A stretch of 64,000 bases of DNA from positions 7,551 through 71,550 of the forward strand of contig JBHHVD010000002.1 in the NCBI GenBank assembly GCA_046754105.1, in the 5' to 3' direction. How positions within the stretch are numbered: position 1 is the stretch's first letter; every line of letters begins with the position of its first letter. Positions 50,316-60,151 of the stretch are shown one piece after another. The translations under genes and the position numbers were made by a program. This stretch comes from Candidatus Krumholzibacteriia bacterium (GTDB lineage: Bacteria > Krumholzibacteriota > Krumholzibacteriia > WVZY01). The notes under the pieces were generated by a model. The model saw only the letters and a program-made list of their open reading frames with translations. It was not told the DNA's origin and searched no databases.

Positions 50316-51072
50316 TTCCCCGTTGCAAGACCCGGTTCAGGCGTTCGAGTTCCTTGTGCTCCAGGGGTCGAACCGCACCGAGGGGCAGGTTGCGGACCGA
50401 GAGCGGGCCGAAGCGAATGCGCCTGAGCTTGACCACGCGCAGTCCCATCGATTCGCACATCTTGCGAACCTGGCGGTTTCTGCCCTCCTTGAGGGTTATC
50501 TGCAGGATGGTTTCGCGGTTCATCTGCCGGACGAGCTGAACCGACGCTTTCGTCCGCTTGCGTGAACGCTGCCGGGGCGCGGCAAGTTTATCGAGTTCAA
50601 CGAGCTTTCTGTCGTTCATCGTTCCTCGCACGCGGACGTGATACGTTCGGGGAATCTGGTACCTCGGATGCGTCAGACGGTAGCACAGCATTCCGTCGTT
50701 GGTCAAAAGGATTAAGCCGGTTGTGTTTACGTCGAGGCGGCCGACGGGAAACAGGCGTCGCCTGCGCGTGTACTTCCTGCAGAGTTCCAGCACGGTCGGA
50801 CGACCGTAGGGATCGGTTACCGTGGAAACGACACCGGCGGGTTTGTTCAAGATGAGTACCAGCGGGCTTCCCTGCGAAGACAGCGGCCTGCCGTCCACGC
50901 TCACCTTGCTGACACCCGGTACCACGCGCGTCGAAGGATCGGTAACGCGCCGGCCGTCGACCGTGACCCGCCCTTCCGAGATCATCTGGTCACACGTTCT
51001 TCTGGCGCCGGCACCCAACATGGCAATCAGCCGGTTCAGCCGTATCGGATCCTTGTCGCTGGCCTTCTCCAT
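50296..51072 (-). CDS. rluB: rRNA pseudouridine synthase (RluB/RsuA family)
   Basis: S4 domain, LNKPAG, PVGRLD, EGRNRQVRKM; scpAB context. Confidence 0.88.
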   Translation of the reverse strand: MEKASDKDPIRLNRLIAMLGAGARRTCDQMISEGRVTVDGRRVTDPSTRVVPGVSKVSVDGRPLSSQGSPLVLILNKPAGVVSTVTDPYGRPTVLELCRKYTRRRRLFPVGRLDVNTTGLILLTNDGMLCYRLTHPRYQIPRTYHVRVRGTMNDRKLVELDKLAAPRQRSRKRTKASVQLVRQMNRETILQITLKEGRNRQVRKMCESMGLRVVKLRRIRFGPLSVRNLPLGAVRPLEHKELERLNRVLQRGSDERGS

Positions 51073-51083
51073 GGAGACCGGGC

Positions 51084-51782
51084 TCAATCGGGGTTGTCGG
51101 CACGCGGTATGTGATCAGCAGCGTCCGCCCCATGGTTGGCCGTGTCCGGGCTGTCCAGAGCGGCGGCCGTGTCCGTCGTCATCGTAAAGTCCTCGAGCGT
51201 CGGCCCCGCCTCCTCGTCGCCGTCCTCTTTCTCCTCGGCCGGGCTCTCTTCCTGCGCCAGCATCTCTTCTAGCACTTCCATCGAGGGCAGGTCCTTGAGC
51301 CGGTCCAGCCCGAGGTATTCGAGAAACTCGGGCGTCGTTCCGTACAGGAACGGAGCTCCGAGCACCCTGGCCTTGCCCGCGATGCGGATCAGATTGCGCT
51401 CCATCAACGTTGTCAGCACACCACCGCACCCGACGCCACGGAGATTCTCGATATCCGCGCGCGTAATCGGCTGCTTGTACGCGATGATGGCCAGCGTTTC
51501 CATAGCGGCCCGCGACAGCCGCTGTTTGCGTCTTCCCGAGTAGAGTCGTGAGACGTAGTCGGCAAATTCGGGGTTGGTCGCCAACTGCAACCCGCCGGCG
51601 ACACGCTCGAGGACGATACTCGGATAGTCGCGCGAGATGTTCTTCTGCAAGCGCGTGACTGCGTCCTTCAAGTCGTCGAGTTCGACCGCGTCGACGATGG
51701 CGGAAATGCGTTTCATGGAAATCGGCTCGTCCGACGCAAAAAGCAGGGCGAGCACGATGCTGTCTATCCGGGATGGTTCCAT
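51084..51782 (-). CDS. scpB: SMC-Scp complex subunit ScpB
   Basis: LSRAAMETLAIIAYKQPITR, YGTTPEFL..LGL..LKDLP. Confidence 0.96.
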   Translation of the reverse strand: MEPSRIDSIVLALLFASDEPISMKRISAIVDAVELDDLKDAVTRLQKNISRDYPSIVLERVAGGLQLATNPEFADYVSRLYSGRRKQRLSRAAMETLAIIAYKQPITRADIENLRGVGCGGVLTTLMERNLIRIAGKARVLGAPFLYGTTPEFLEYLGLDRLKDLPSMEVLEEMLAQEESPAEEKEDGDEEAGPTLEDFTMTTDTAAALDSPDTANHGADAADHIPRADNPD

Positions 51783-51805
51783 GGTCTCTTCCTTGCGCCG
51801 GCTGC

Positions 51806-52579
51806 CTACGCCCCGGACGGGCCTGCCCCGCTATCATCCGCCGGAACCGGTTCGTCCGCCGCGCGGCTCTCCCCGGCCGCGTAGATCCAGATCTCACCGA
51901 AAGCGCCCTCCTGCCTGGCCTTGATCCGCAAACGTTTTATTAGCTCCAGGACGGCCATGAACGTCACGACCACCTCGAGCCGGCTCGAGGTGCCTTCGAA
52001 CAACTCGCGGAATCGCACCTGCTCCCGCTCGCCCAGCCTGGAATCGATGACGGCGATCTTCTCCTCGATGGTGAACGCCTCGGGCTCGATCTCCGAGACC
52101 TCCGCCGCGTCCATTTCCGCCATCACCTGGCGAAACACCCGCATGATCTCGAACACGTTGAGATCTAGCACCGCCTCGCCGCGATACTCTTTTTCCCGCT
52201 GGGGCACGGGGCGGCTGAAGACCTTGAAGCGATCATCCTCCATCTCCCGAAAGGACCGTGCCGCCTCTACCATCTTCTTGTATTCCAGGAGGTTCCGTAC
52301 CAGTTCCTCCCGCGGGTCCTCCGAGTCATCGTCCCGCCGCAGGAGCATCTGGACTTTGATACGCATCAGCGTCGCGGCCAGCACGAAGAACTCGCCGGCC
52401 AGGTCGATGTGGAGCCGTTCCATGAGATCGACGTACTCGAGATAATCGCTGGTGATCTTGGCGATCGGGATATCATAGATATCCAGGTTGTCGCGCTTGA
52501 TCAGGTAGAGGATCACTTCGAGCGGCGCCTTGACGCCTTCGAGCTCGGCCTTGTATCGCGGTTCCTGGGCGTGGTTCAC
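51806..52579 (-). CDS. scpA: Segregation/condensation protein ScpA
   Basis: PLEVILYLI, DIYDIPI, EDPREELV..LLEY, VVTFMAVLEL. Confidence 0.94.
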   Translation of the reverse strand: MNHAQEPRYKAELEGVKAPLEVILYLIKRDNLDIYDIPIAKITSDYLEYVDLMERLHIDLAGEFFVLAATLMRIKVQMLLRRDDDSEDPREELVRNLLEYKKMVEAARSFREMEDDRFKVFSRPVPQREKEYRGEAVLDLNVFEIMRVFRQVMAEMDAAEVSEIEPEAFTIEEKIAVIDSRLGEREQVRFRELFEGTSSRLEVVVTFMAVLELIKRLRIKARQEGAFGEIWIYAAGESRAADEPVPADDSGAGPSGA

Positions 52580-52664
52580 AGACTGGCTCCCGTAAGGGTG
52601 AAACCCGGTTTGAGGGCGATATTATGCGGAGTTCTCGATATGTGTCAAGCGCTGTTGCCCCTTC

Positions 52665-53570
52665 TCAGCGGTCCCTCCTCGCGCGCGGGTGGAACGCGCG
52701 GTGGACCTCGATCAGGTGCCTCGTGTCGACCGTCGTATAGATTTGGGTGGTGGAGATGTCCGAGTGACCGAGCAGTTCCTGAACGTACCGCAGGTCTGCC
52801 CCGCCTTCGAGCAGGTGGGTGGCGAAGGTGTGACGAAGCACGTGCGGGCTGACCCTGCGCTGGATACCGGCGGACCGCGCATGCTGGCCGAGGCGCTTGA
52901 AAAACCCCACGCGCGAGATCTTGTCCCCGCGGCAGTTCAGAAAGACCGCCGCCGACTGCCGCCCGCGGGCCAGGAAGGGGCGGCTCGAGGTCAAGTACCG
53001 GTGGAGCGCCGTGGCGGCGGGCTCGCCGAACGGCACGATGCGTTGCCTGCCCCCCTTTCCGCGCACCATGAGGATGCGCTCCTTCTCCTGGACCTGTTCG
53101 AACGTCAAATCGCAAAGCTCCGAGACACGGAGCCCCGATGCGTACGCCACCTCGAGCATTGCGCGATCTCGCATTCCTAAGTAACTGTCATCCGGTGCTT
53201 TCAGTAGACGCTCCATCTGCTGGATGGTCAGCACCCCGGGCACGTGCCGCCCCCGCTTCGGGCTCGGAATTTCCCCCCCCTCCACCCGCCGCACAACCCC
53301 GTCCCGCAGCAGAAAGCGGTGAAAATGGCGAACGGCGGACAGGGCGCGAGCCCGCGAGGCGGCCCCCAGCCCACGGCGGCTCAGGCGGGTGAGATGGAGC
53401 TCCAGCGCCGTGGCCGGGATGGCGTTCTCCTTCCCCCATATCTTGCCCAGGATATCGAGGTATCCCCGCAGATCACTGCGGTAGGCTTCGACGGTCCGGG
53501 GACGGAGCCCCCGTTCGCTCACCAGGTAATCAAAAAACTGTTCAACGACCGTATCGAGCTTATTTTCCAT
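52665..53570 (-). CDS. xerD: Tyrosine recombinase XerD
   Basis: RDRAMLE..YASGLRVSEL, GKGGRQRIVP, SPHVLRHTFATHLL, QELLGHSDISTTQIY. Confidence 0.9.
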   Translation of the reverse strand: MENKLDTVVEQFFDYLVSERGLRPRTVEAYRSDLRGYLDILGKIWGKENAIPATALELHLTRLSRRGLGAASRARALSAVRHFHRFLLRDGVVRRVEGGEIPSPKRGRHVPGVLTIQQMERLLKAPDDSYLGMRDRAMLEVAYASGLRVSELCDLTFEQVQEKERILMVRGKGGRQRIVPFGEPAATALHRYLTSSRPFLARGRQSAAVFLNCRGDKISRVGFFKRLGQHARSAGIQRRVSPHVLRHTFATHLLEGGADLRYVQELLGHSDISTTQIYTTVDTRHLIEVHRAFHPRARRDR

Positions 53571-53579
53571 ACGATTTGC

Positions 53580-53608
53580 TTGACTCCGCGGCCCGGGGAT
53601 GGTAGATT
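53580..53608 (+). promoter_or_regulatory. Putative rpsT promoter
   Basis: TTGACT-17-TAGATT with extended TG. Confidence 0.6.
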
Positions 53609-53637
53609 TCCACAGGATTTTATTCGTAAGGAGAATC

Positions 53638-53877
53638 ATGCCACAACATAAATCGGCGAAGAAACGCCTGAGGAACGCCGCCAAGAACCAGGCGCGCAAC
53701 CGGGCGGCCCGTAGCACGCTGAGGCGGTCGATGAAGGCGCTTCGCGAGCTGCCCGCGGACAAGGCAGGCGATGCGATAAAGGCGATGCACTCGCTCCTGG
53801 ACAGGGCAGCGAACCACGGTCTGTTTCACAGGAACAAGGCGGCCCGTTTGAAGTCGCGCTTTAAGCCCGGCGCCTGA
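53638..53877 (+). CDS. rpsT: 30S ribosomal protein S20
   Basis: MPQHKSAKKR...HRNKAARLKSR; AAGGAG Shine-Dalgarno. Confidence 0.96.
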   Translation: MPQHKSAKKRLRNAAKNQARNRAARSTLRRSMKALRELPADKAGDAIKAMHSLLDRAANHGLFHRNKAARLKSRFKPGA

Positions 53878-53902
53878 ACGCGCCCGCCCCATGGACGGCC
53901 CC

Positions 53903-53937
53903 AACGGCAGCGCCTCGCAGGCGCCGCCGTTTTTTTT
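53903..53937 (+). terminator. Intrinsic terminator of rpsT
   Basis: ACGGCaGCGCC/GGCGCcGCCGT hairpin followed by a T run. Confidence 0.8.
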
Positions 53938-55651
53938 ATGCGGAATCGCCGTAGAAGCGCGTGAGAACGTCCACAACGGCGGAAGGCTCGACCAGTTCCT
54001 GCCGGTCCTCATGGCGATAGTAGATCTCCACCTTGCCATCCTTGAGGTTCCGCTCGCCCAGGGTGACCCTCAGCGGCACCCCGACCAGCTCGGAGTCCTT
54101 GAACTTGAACCCGGCCCGCACGTCGCGGTCGTCGAGCAGGACGTCCCACCCGGCCGCCCGCAGTTCCTCGTAGAGCGCCTCCGCCGCCGACGTCGTGTGG
54201 TCCTCGTTCATGTTGACGGGCAGGATAATGGCGTGGAACGGCGTGATGGATTTGGGCCAGCGGATGCCACGCCCGTCGTGGTGCGCCTCGATCGCCGCGG
54301 CGACAGCCCGCGACACGCCGAAACCATAGCAGCCCATGATGAAGTGGCGGTCTTTTCCGTCGCGGTCGAGGTAGGTGGCGTTCATCGCCTTGCTGTACTT
54401 GTCGTCGAGTTTGAAGATGTGTCCCAGCTCGACTCCGCGATGCGCCCTCAGTTCCGACTTCTCGCACCGCGCACAACGGTCCCCGGCCTCGGTGAGACTG
54501 ATGTTCCGAAACTCCGTCGCTTCGAAATCGCGTCCCAGCCGTACGCCGCGCAGGTGCGCATCCGTGACGTTCGCCCCCACGATCATGCCTTCGTAGTTTT
54601 TCAAGGATGTATCAGCCACGATGCGGGTCCCCGCCGGCAAGCCCACCGGACCGGCGAAACCGACGTCGGCACCCGTTAGCTCCTTAACCGCCGTTTCGTC
54701 CAGCGGTTCTACGTACGGGTCGCCCAATACCTTCATGAAGCGTGCCTCGTTCAGTGTGCGGTCCCCCGGAATGAGCGCGGCCACCACTTCGCCCTCAGAA
54801 CGAAACAGCAGCGTCTTGACCAGCTGCGACGCGTTCACCGCGAGGAAAGCAGTGACCTCGTCGACCGTCCGGCTCCCCGGCGTGGCCGCCGTCTCCGGGG
54901 AGTCGAGCACTCGTTCCTTCTTCGCCGGCGGCTTGCCGAGGCTCTCGGCGCCCTCGAGCGCGGCGGCGTATCCGCACTCGCAACTCAAGATCTCACTCTC
55001 GCCCTCCTCGGCGAGGACCACAAACTCGTGGTTGACGTCGCCGCCGATTTTTCCAGCGTCGGCCTCCACCATCACGTGCTCGAGCTCGCATCGATCCAGA
55101 ATGCGGGAGTACGCCCCCGCCATCTTCCGGTAGGTCTCCTCGAGTGACTCCGGTGAGCCGTGGAAACTATACGCGTCCTTCATGATAAATTCACGTGCGC
55201 GCATGACGCCGAACCGCGGGCGGATCTCGTCGCGAAACTTGGTCAGCACCTGGTAAAGGCACTGCGGCAGCTGGCGGTAACTGCGCAGTTCGCTGCGTGC
55301 GAGGTCGGTTACGACTTCTTCGTGCGTCGGCCCGAGCGCGAAGACGCGGCCCTTTCGGTCCTCGAGCTTGAACAGCTCGGGACCGAACTGCTTGAACCGC
55401 CCGCTCTCCTCGTACAACTGCGACGGGTGCAGGATGGGCATGAGAATCTCCTGGCACCCGATGCCGTCCATTTCTTCGCGGACGATGCGCTCGACCTTTT
55501 TGAGGACTTTGAAGCCGAGCGGCAGGAACGTATAGACTCCGGATGTGAGTTTCTTTATCACGCCGGCGCGGATCATGAGCTTGTGGCTCGGAATCTCCGC
55601 GTCGCTCGGGCTCTCCTTATAGGTCGGCAGATAGTAGCGGGACCACCTCAT
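53936..55651 (-). CDS. proS: Prolyl-tRNA synthetase
   Basis: LGPTHEE, KFRDEIRPRFGVMRAREF, INS editing domain, MGCYGFGVSR. Confidence 0.98.
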   Translation of the reverse strand: MRWSRYYLPTYKESPSDAEIPSHKLMIRAGVIKKLTSGVYTFLPLGFKVLKKVERIVREEMDGIGCQEILMPILHPSQLYEESGRFKQFGPELFKLEDRKGRVFALGPTHEEVVTDLARSELRSYRQLPQCLYQVLTKFRDEIRPRFGVMRAREFIMKDAYSFHGSPESLEETYRKMAGAYSRILDRCELEHVMVEADAGKIGGDVNHEFVVLAEEGESEILSCECGYAAALEGAESLGKPPAKKERVLDSPETAATPGSRTVDEVTAFLAVNASQLVKTLLFRSEGEVVAALIPGDRTLNEARFMKVLGDPYVEPLDETAVKELTGADVGFAGPVGLPAGTRIVADTSLKNYEGMIVGANVTDAHLRGVRLGRDFEATEFRNISLTEAGDRCARCEKSELRAHRGVELGHIFKLDDKYSKAMNATYLDRDGKDRHFIMGCYGFGVSRAVAAAIEAHHDGRGIRWPKSITPFHAIILPVNMNEDHTTSAAEALYEELRAAGWDVLLDDRDVRAGFKFKDSELVGVPLRVTLGERNLKDGKVEIYYRHEDRQELVEPSAVVDVLTRFYGDSA

Positions 55652-55687
55652 CGCGCCCTCCGTTTCTGTGTCCTTCGAATATGAAGA

Positions 55688-58501
55688 CTAGTAGTTGAGA
55701 CCGATGAAGAATTCGACGTCGGTATTGTTGGATATACTACTGAAATCAGTGGCCCGTGTAAAGTTGACACGGATAACCGGTGCGAACCCGAGGTTGAGCT
55801 CGGTGCCGACGCCCACCGTGCCGAGCCAGTCGGTATCCGCGATGAAACGCCCTACCTTGCCGGCATCGACGAAGAAGGCGCCGCGGATGAGGGGAAATTC
55901 GATTGCTCCGAAGGGGAGGCTGAGGGCGAAACGGTCGATCAGCGGAAAGCGGATCTCGCTGTTGATCAGGTAGCTGCTGCGGCCGAAGAACTCGCGGAAG
56001 TCGTAGCCCCTCAGGTCCCAGGGACCTCCGAGGTAGAAGATCTGGAAATCACTGCCGAAGCTGTGGCGCGTGACGAAACGCTCGGCGATTACGACGCGCC
56101 GCCCCAGCTTGAAGTACTTGCGGATGTCAAAGTGTACCGTGGTGTTGTCGAACCCGCGGCCCCTGAAATCAATCGTTTGACCGATCGTCGTGTGGTATCG
56201 CAAGCCCTTGAGCGGGCCGCCCACCGTCCACAACGTGTTGTCGGAGACGTAGGTCAGAAATGTCGATCCCAGGAAGCTCTTCTGGTCGGCCAGCTCCGTG
56301 AAGTCGGATTCGCGGTCGACGAAGCGGAGCACGAACGACCCGTCGATGCGTGAAAACTTGCTAAACGGATAACTCACGCCAGTGGCAACGCCGAATCGCC
56401 TCTCGGAGCGAAACACGGTGAAAAAGTCACCGGTAAAGCTGGTCAAGTGAAAGACACCTACCGTGTAGTTCAGCCGGCGCGTCAGGTTCGCGTAGTTCAA
56501 TCCGAAGTTCAAGCGCTTGAAGAAATTCCCCTCTTGTTCGGAGTCGCTGGTCGTACCAAAGAACACCTGGTACTGGTGGTTGCCGAGGATGTCGGAAAAC
56601 ACGACCGCTCCCCCGTTCCCAAGCGTGCCGAAGTCCGGGTCGATGGACAGGCCCGTGCCCGCAAAATCCAGTCCCAGTTTTTGCTTGTAGTCCTGGGTCG
56701 TGTACGTCACCCGCGTCGGCCGGGTGCTGGTCCACGTCGACTGCGTGGTGTCCACGGAGGCCGCCACGACATCGCCCACGGCTCCCCCGTTCTTCAACGG
56801 GAACTCGAAGAGGTGAAACTCGCCCTGGTAGTAGCCGCTGGCGATGAACCCAGAACGATCCGGCATGAATGCCGGTGTCGTCACACCTCCGATAACCGCC
56901 GTTTGACGGATGACCAGTCGTTCGTCGAGCTCGAAGAGATAAATGTTGAACACACCGTCGCGGTCCGACGTAAAGAGGAACGACTCGCCGTCCGGCGACC
57001 AGTCGGGGTGCGCGTCGGAGTTGTCTCCACACGTCAGGGCCTCGATCTCCCTCGTATCGATGTCGATCATGTAAATGCCCTGGCGCTTGCGCTCGCCGGC
57101 CTCGCAGCGGTCGGAGCTGAAGAGGACCAGGTCTTTCATGGGATGAAAATCGGGGTCTTCCTCGGCGTACCTGTCATGGGTAAGGCGCTCCAGCCGGGCG
57201 TCATCGCGCCGGTAGAGAAAGAGGTCCATGCTGCCCGTGCTGTCGATGGCGCTGAAGACGATCTTGTCGCCCTGTGCGGAGATCGTCGGCGAGGAGATGA
57301 CGCTCAGCCCGGCGAAGCTCACGTGCTCGACTTCCCTGTTCCGTAGGGTGTCCCACAGGTAGATGGCGTCCCGTTCCTGTCTCTTGGCGACGAAGAGGAT
57401 CATGTCGCCGTGGGTTTCGATTTTGCTGCGGAACGCGGGGATGGTCTCGAACGCAGAGGAACGGCTTCCTTCCACCAGGGTCTTTCGGGTCACCAGGCCG
57501 CCCGCGCCCTTGCTCAGACTGAGTATGTTGAGGACCCCGTCCTGCGCTCCGAGGGCGTACAGGTTTATCTCCCCATCGCTGCCGCGGCCCACCGCCGGGC
57601 GCGAGTGAAACGTGTGCGGGCGGGTAAGCTGCTTGCCGGCGTCCGTGGCGAAAGTGGTATGCAGAATTGAGGGATAGTAGCGACGCTTGACGCTCTTCAT
57701 GAACGCGTCGTTGAGCTCCAGCAGGTTCAAGCCGATCGTCTTCTTCAGCACCACCGGGAACTTGTCCGACATCCACCAGTTCTCCAGAATCTTGATGATC
57801 GCCTCGACGCCGAAATTGTTGCCGATGTAGAGAAGGACCGCCTCACCTTCCTTGTACATCATGAACGATCCTTCGATCCTCCAGATGTTGACGAGGTCGA
57901 GCAAACGCCCGTGGATGAGGGCGTCGCGCACGAACATGTGGCTCTGCGTATCCGCCTCGCGTCCGGCGAGGAATTCGGCCATGCCTTCGACAAACCACAG
58001 CGGCGGCTGCGTGTAATTGAAGCGGCTTTTCTCACTCATCACCACGGCCAGCTTCTCCAGCATGAAGGCGTGCACCATTTCATGGCGGATCACATGGCGC
58101 AACTGCCACAAGGACCCCGTCATCGGGATCGCGATCCGACCCTTGATCAAATCCGTGAAACCGCCCGTGTACTCGGAAATCAGCGATGGAACGATGTTGG
58201 TCTGTTGAAAATCATAGTGCGAGCTGTAGAAGACGAGCGGCAGGCGGTCTCGAAACTCGAGGTTGAAGACCTCGGAATATTCCACGAACGTCTCTTCGAC
58301 GATCGGCGCGACAAAGGCGACCAGGTTGTGCTCGTTCGGGTAATAATAGATATCGACGTGGTCGGTCTGCATGACCTTCCAGTCCTTCTTGGTGTAGTTG
58401 ACCTTGTTTTTTCCGAAGGGATACTGTGCGAAGCCGGACGTGGGAGCCGCAAGTGCTGCGGCGCAGACGAGCAGGAACAGGATCGATCTCCGTCTAATCA
58501 T
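55688..58501 (-). CDS. Gluzincin peptidase + PD40 propeller + Omp85/BamA-type barrel protein
   Basis: Signal peptide, FGKNKV, HEMVH...WFVEGMAE, PDWSPDG..FTSDRDG repeats, LGGPWDLRGY, terminal FFIGLNY. Confidence 0.82.
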   Translation of the reverse strand: MIRRRSILFLLVCAAALAAPTSGFAQYPFGKNKVNYTKKDWKVMQTDHVDIYYYPNEHNLVAFVAPIVEETFVEYSEVFNLEFRDRLPLVFYSSHYDFQQTNIVPSLISEYTGGFTDLIKGRIAIPMTGSLWQLRHVIRHEMVHAFMLEKLAVVMSEKSRFNYTQPPLWFVEGMAEFLAGREADTQSHMFVRDALIHGRLLDLVNIWRIEGSFMMYKEGEAVLLYIGNNFGVEAIIKILENWWMSDKFPVVLKKTIGLNLLELNDAFMKSVKRRYYPSILHTTFATDAGKQLTRPHTFHSRPAVGRGSDGEINLYALGAQDGVLNILSLSKGAGGLVTRKTLVEGSRSSAFETIPAFRSKIETHGDMILFVAKRQERDAIYLWDTLRNREVEHVSFAGLSVISSPTISAQGDKIVFSAIDSTGSMDLFLYRRDDARLERLTHDRYAEEDPDFHPMKDLVLFSSDRCEAGERKRQGIYMIDIDTREIEALTCGDNSDAHPDWSPDGESFLFTSDRDGVFNIYLFELDERLVIRQTAVIGGVTTPAFMPDRSGFIASGYYQGEFHLFEFPLKNGGAVGDVVAASVDTTQSTWTSTRPTRVTYTTQDYKQKLGLDFAGTGLSIDPDFGTLGNGGAVVFSDILGNHQYQVFFGTTSDSEQEGNFFKRLNFGLNYANLTRRLNYTVGVFHLTSFTGDFFTVFRSERRFGVATGVSYPFSKFSRIDGSFVLRFVDRESDFTELADQKSFLGSTFLTYVSDNTLWTVGGPLKGLRYHTTIGQTIDFRGRGFDNTTVHFDIRKYFKLGRRVVIAERFVTRHSFGSDFQIFYLGGPWDLRGYDFREFFGRSSYLINSEIRFPLIDRFALSLPFGAIEFPLIRGAFFVDAGKVGRFIADTDWLGTVGVGTELNLGFAPVIRVNFTRATDFSSISNNTDVEFFIGLNY

Positions 58502-59262
58502 GATGTATCCCCGAGGATGTCCTCCATGCGGAAGAGACCGCGCTCTTTGGAGGAGATGAAGCGGGCGGCTCGTATGGCGCCGCGCGCGAACACCTGTCGG
58601 GAGATGGCGCGGTGCGAGAGCGTAACGACTTCTTCGTGGTTGGCAAACAGCACATGGTGCTCGCCGGGAATTCCTCCGAGCCGCAGGGAATGGATGTGGA
58701 CCGGCCCACGGCGACCATCCCCCCGCCCGGAAATCGGCTTGGCTTCGGGTGATATGAGTCGTGACAGGGCAAGTGCCGTACCACTCGGGTGATCCTGCTT
58801 GTCCGCGTGATGCGTTTCGACGATTTCCACATCATAGTCCCCGAGCAAAGGTACGGCCGCCTCTACAAGCGCTCTTACAGCGGAAACACCATAACTCATG
58901 TTTTCATCGTACAATACGGCAGTTTCTTTAGAATATCCCTTCAATAGCGCCCTTTCTTTTGCCCCTATACCCGTCGTTCCAGACACGAGCGGAACGCCGG
59001 ATCCCGCCATCGCTGCGATGAGCCGTGCCAGCCCCTGCGGGTGGCTGAAGTCCACGACGACGGTCGCGCGCCCCTCGTTCTGGGGCACCTGGCCAAGAAT
59101 GGTAGCGTCTTCTGCGCCAACTGGCCCACTCACCGGCTGAACGTCTCGCAGCTCCAGGACGCCACCCAGGGTCACATCGTCCGTCTGCCGCACCAGCGAC
59201 AGTACTTCACGGCCCATCCGGCCCCAGGCGCCGTGCACGAGAAGCACTGTCGCTCCCCCCAC
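58498..59262 (-). CDS. dapB: 4-hydroxy-tetrahydrodipicolinate reductase
   Basis: GAWGRMG, VDFS, SGTTG, ETHHADKQDHPSGTA, FARGA. Confidence 0.94.
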   Translation of the reverse strand: MGGATVLLVHGAWGRMGREVLSLVRQTDDVTLGGVLELRDVQPVSGPVGAEDATILGQVPQNEGRATVVVDFSHPQGLARLIAAMAGSGVPLVSGTTGIGAKERALLKGYSKETAVLYDENMSYGVSAVRALVEAAVPLLGDYDVEIVETHHADKQDHPSGTALALSRLISPEAKPISGRGDGRRGPVHIHSLRLGGIPGEHHVLFANHEEVVTLSHRAISRQVFARGAIRAARFISSKERGLFRMEDILGDTS

Positions 59263-59263
59263 G

Positions 59264-60151
59264 TCACTCGCTCCCCGAGGCGCCGAATCGCTCCAGCGCC
59301 GCCTGGATCCGTTCCCGCCCCTCCCGGCCCACAACCGCCAGCGGCGCCCGCACCTCTTCCGACATGAACTCTCGCGAAGCGAGCATGGTCTTGATCGGCG
59401 ATGGATTCGACTCGACGAAGGCGGCGCGCATCACCGGCAGCAGGCGAAAGTGCCACTTGCACGCCCTGCTGAAATCTCCGTCGAGGGCGGCCGCTACCAT
59501 ATCTCGCACGGCTTGAGGCAGCAGGTTCGAGACCACAGACACCACACCGCGTGCGCCCAGCGCGAGCATGGCCACGGTCAACGAATCGTCTCCCGACAGA
59601 ACGGGGATGTCGCTGCTCTCGCGGATATCGGAAACGGCGTCGATACTCCCGCCGGCTTCCTTCACGGCTGCGTAGCGCCCCGTCTCGTAGAGACGCGCAA
59701 TGGTGTCGGGGGCAAGGGTAACGCCGGTACGGCCTGGCACGTTGTAGAGAACGAGTGGCAGCGTGGTGGCGTCGGCCACGCGCCGGTAGTGGTCCAGCAG
59801 ACCCGCCTGCGACGGCTTGTTATAGTAAGGTGTGATAAGCATTGCGGCGTGTACACCGGCGGCCTGCGCCTCGCGCGTGATGCGAATCGTCGATTCGGTG
59901 GCGTTGGTCCCGGTGCCGGCCATGACCTGCATGTCGCCGCCGACCTCCTCGAGAGTGGTGTGCAGCAGCGTCATGCGCTCGGCTTCGGTGAGTGTGGCCG
60001 CCTCTCCCGTGCACCCGCACGGGACCACCCCCACCACGGCGGCATCCCGCTGTGCGGCGAGCAATCTCTTGTAGGCACCCAGGTCGAGTTCGCCGCCCTT
60101 GAACGGCGTTACGAGCGCGGTGTATGTTCCCGCAAACTCCATATCGGTCAT
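59264..60151 (-). CDS. dapA: 4-hydroxy-tetrahydrodipicolinate synthase
   Basis: TALVTPF, GCTGE, PYYNKP, LYNVPGRT, KEA, LSGDD. Confidence 0.96.
   Translation of the reverse strand: MTDMEFAGTYTALVTPFKGGELDLGAYKRLLAAQRDAAVVGVVPCGCTGEAATLTEAERMTLLHTTLEEVGGDMQVMAGTGTNATESTIRITREAQAAGVHAAMLITPYYNKPSQAGLLDHYRRVADATTLPLVLYNVPGRTGVTLAPDTIARLYETGRYAAVKEAGGSIDAVSDIRESSDIPVLSGDDSLTVAMLALGARGVVSVVSNLLPQAVRDMVAAALDGDFSRACKWHFRLLPVMRAAFVESNPSPIKTMLASREFMSEEVRAPLAVVGREGRERIQAALERFGASGSE

Noticed and set aside
52665-53570. Tyrosine recombinase as a mobile-element integrase
   Set aside because: XerD-type sequence in a housekeeping context (scpAB, rpsT) with no cargo or att sites.
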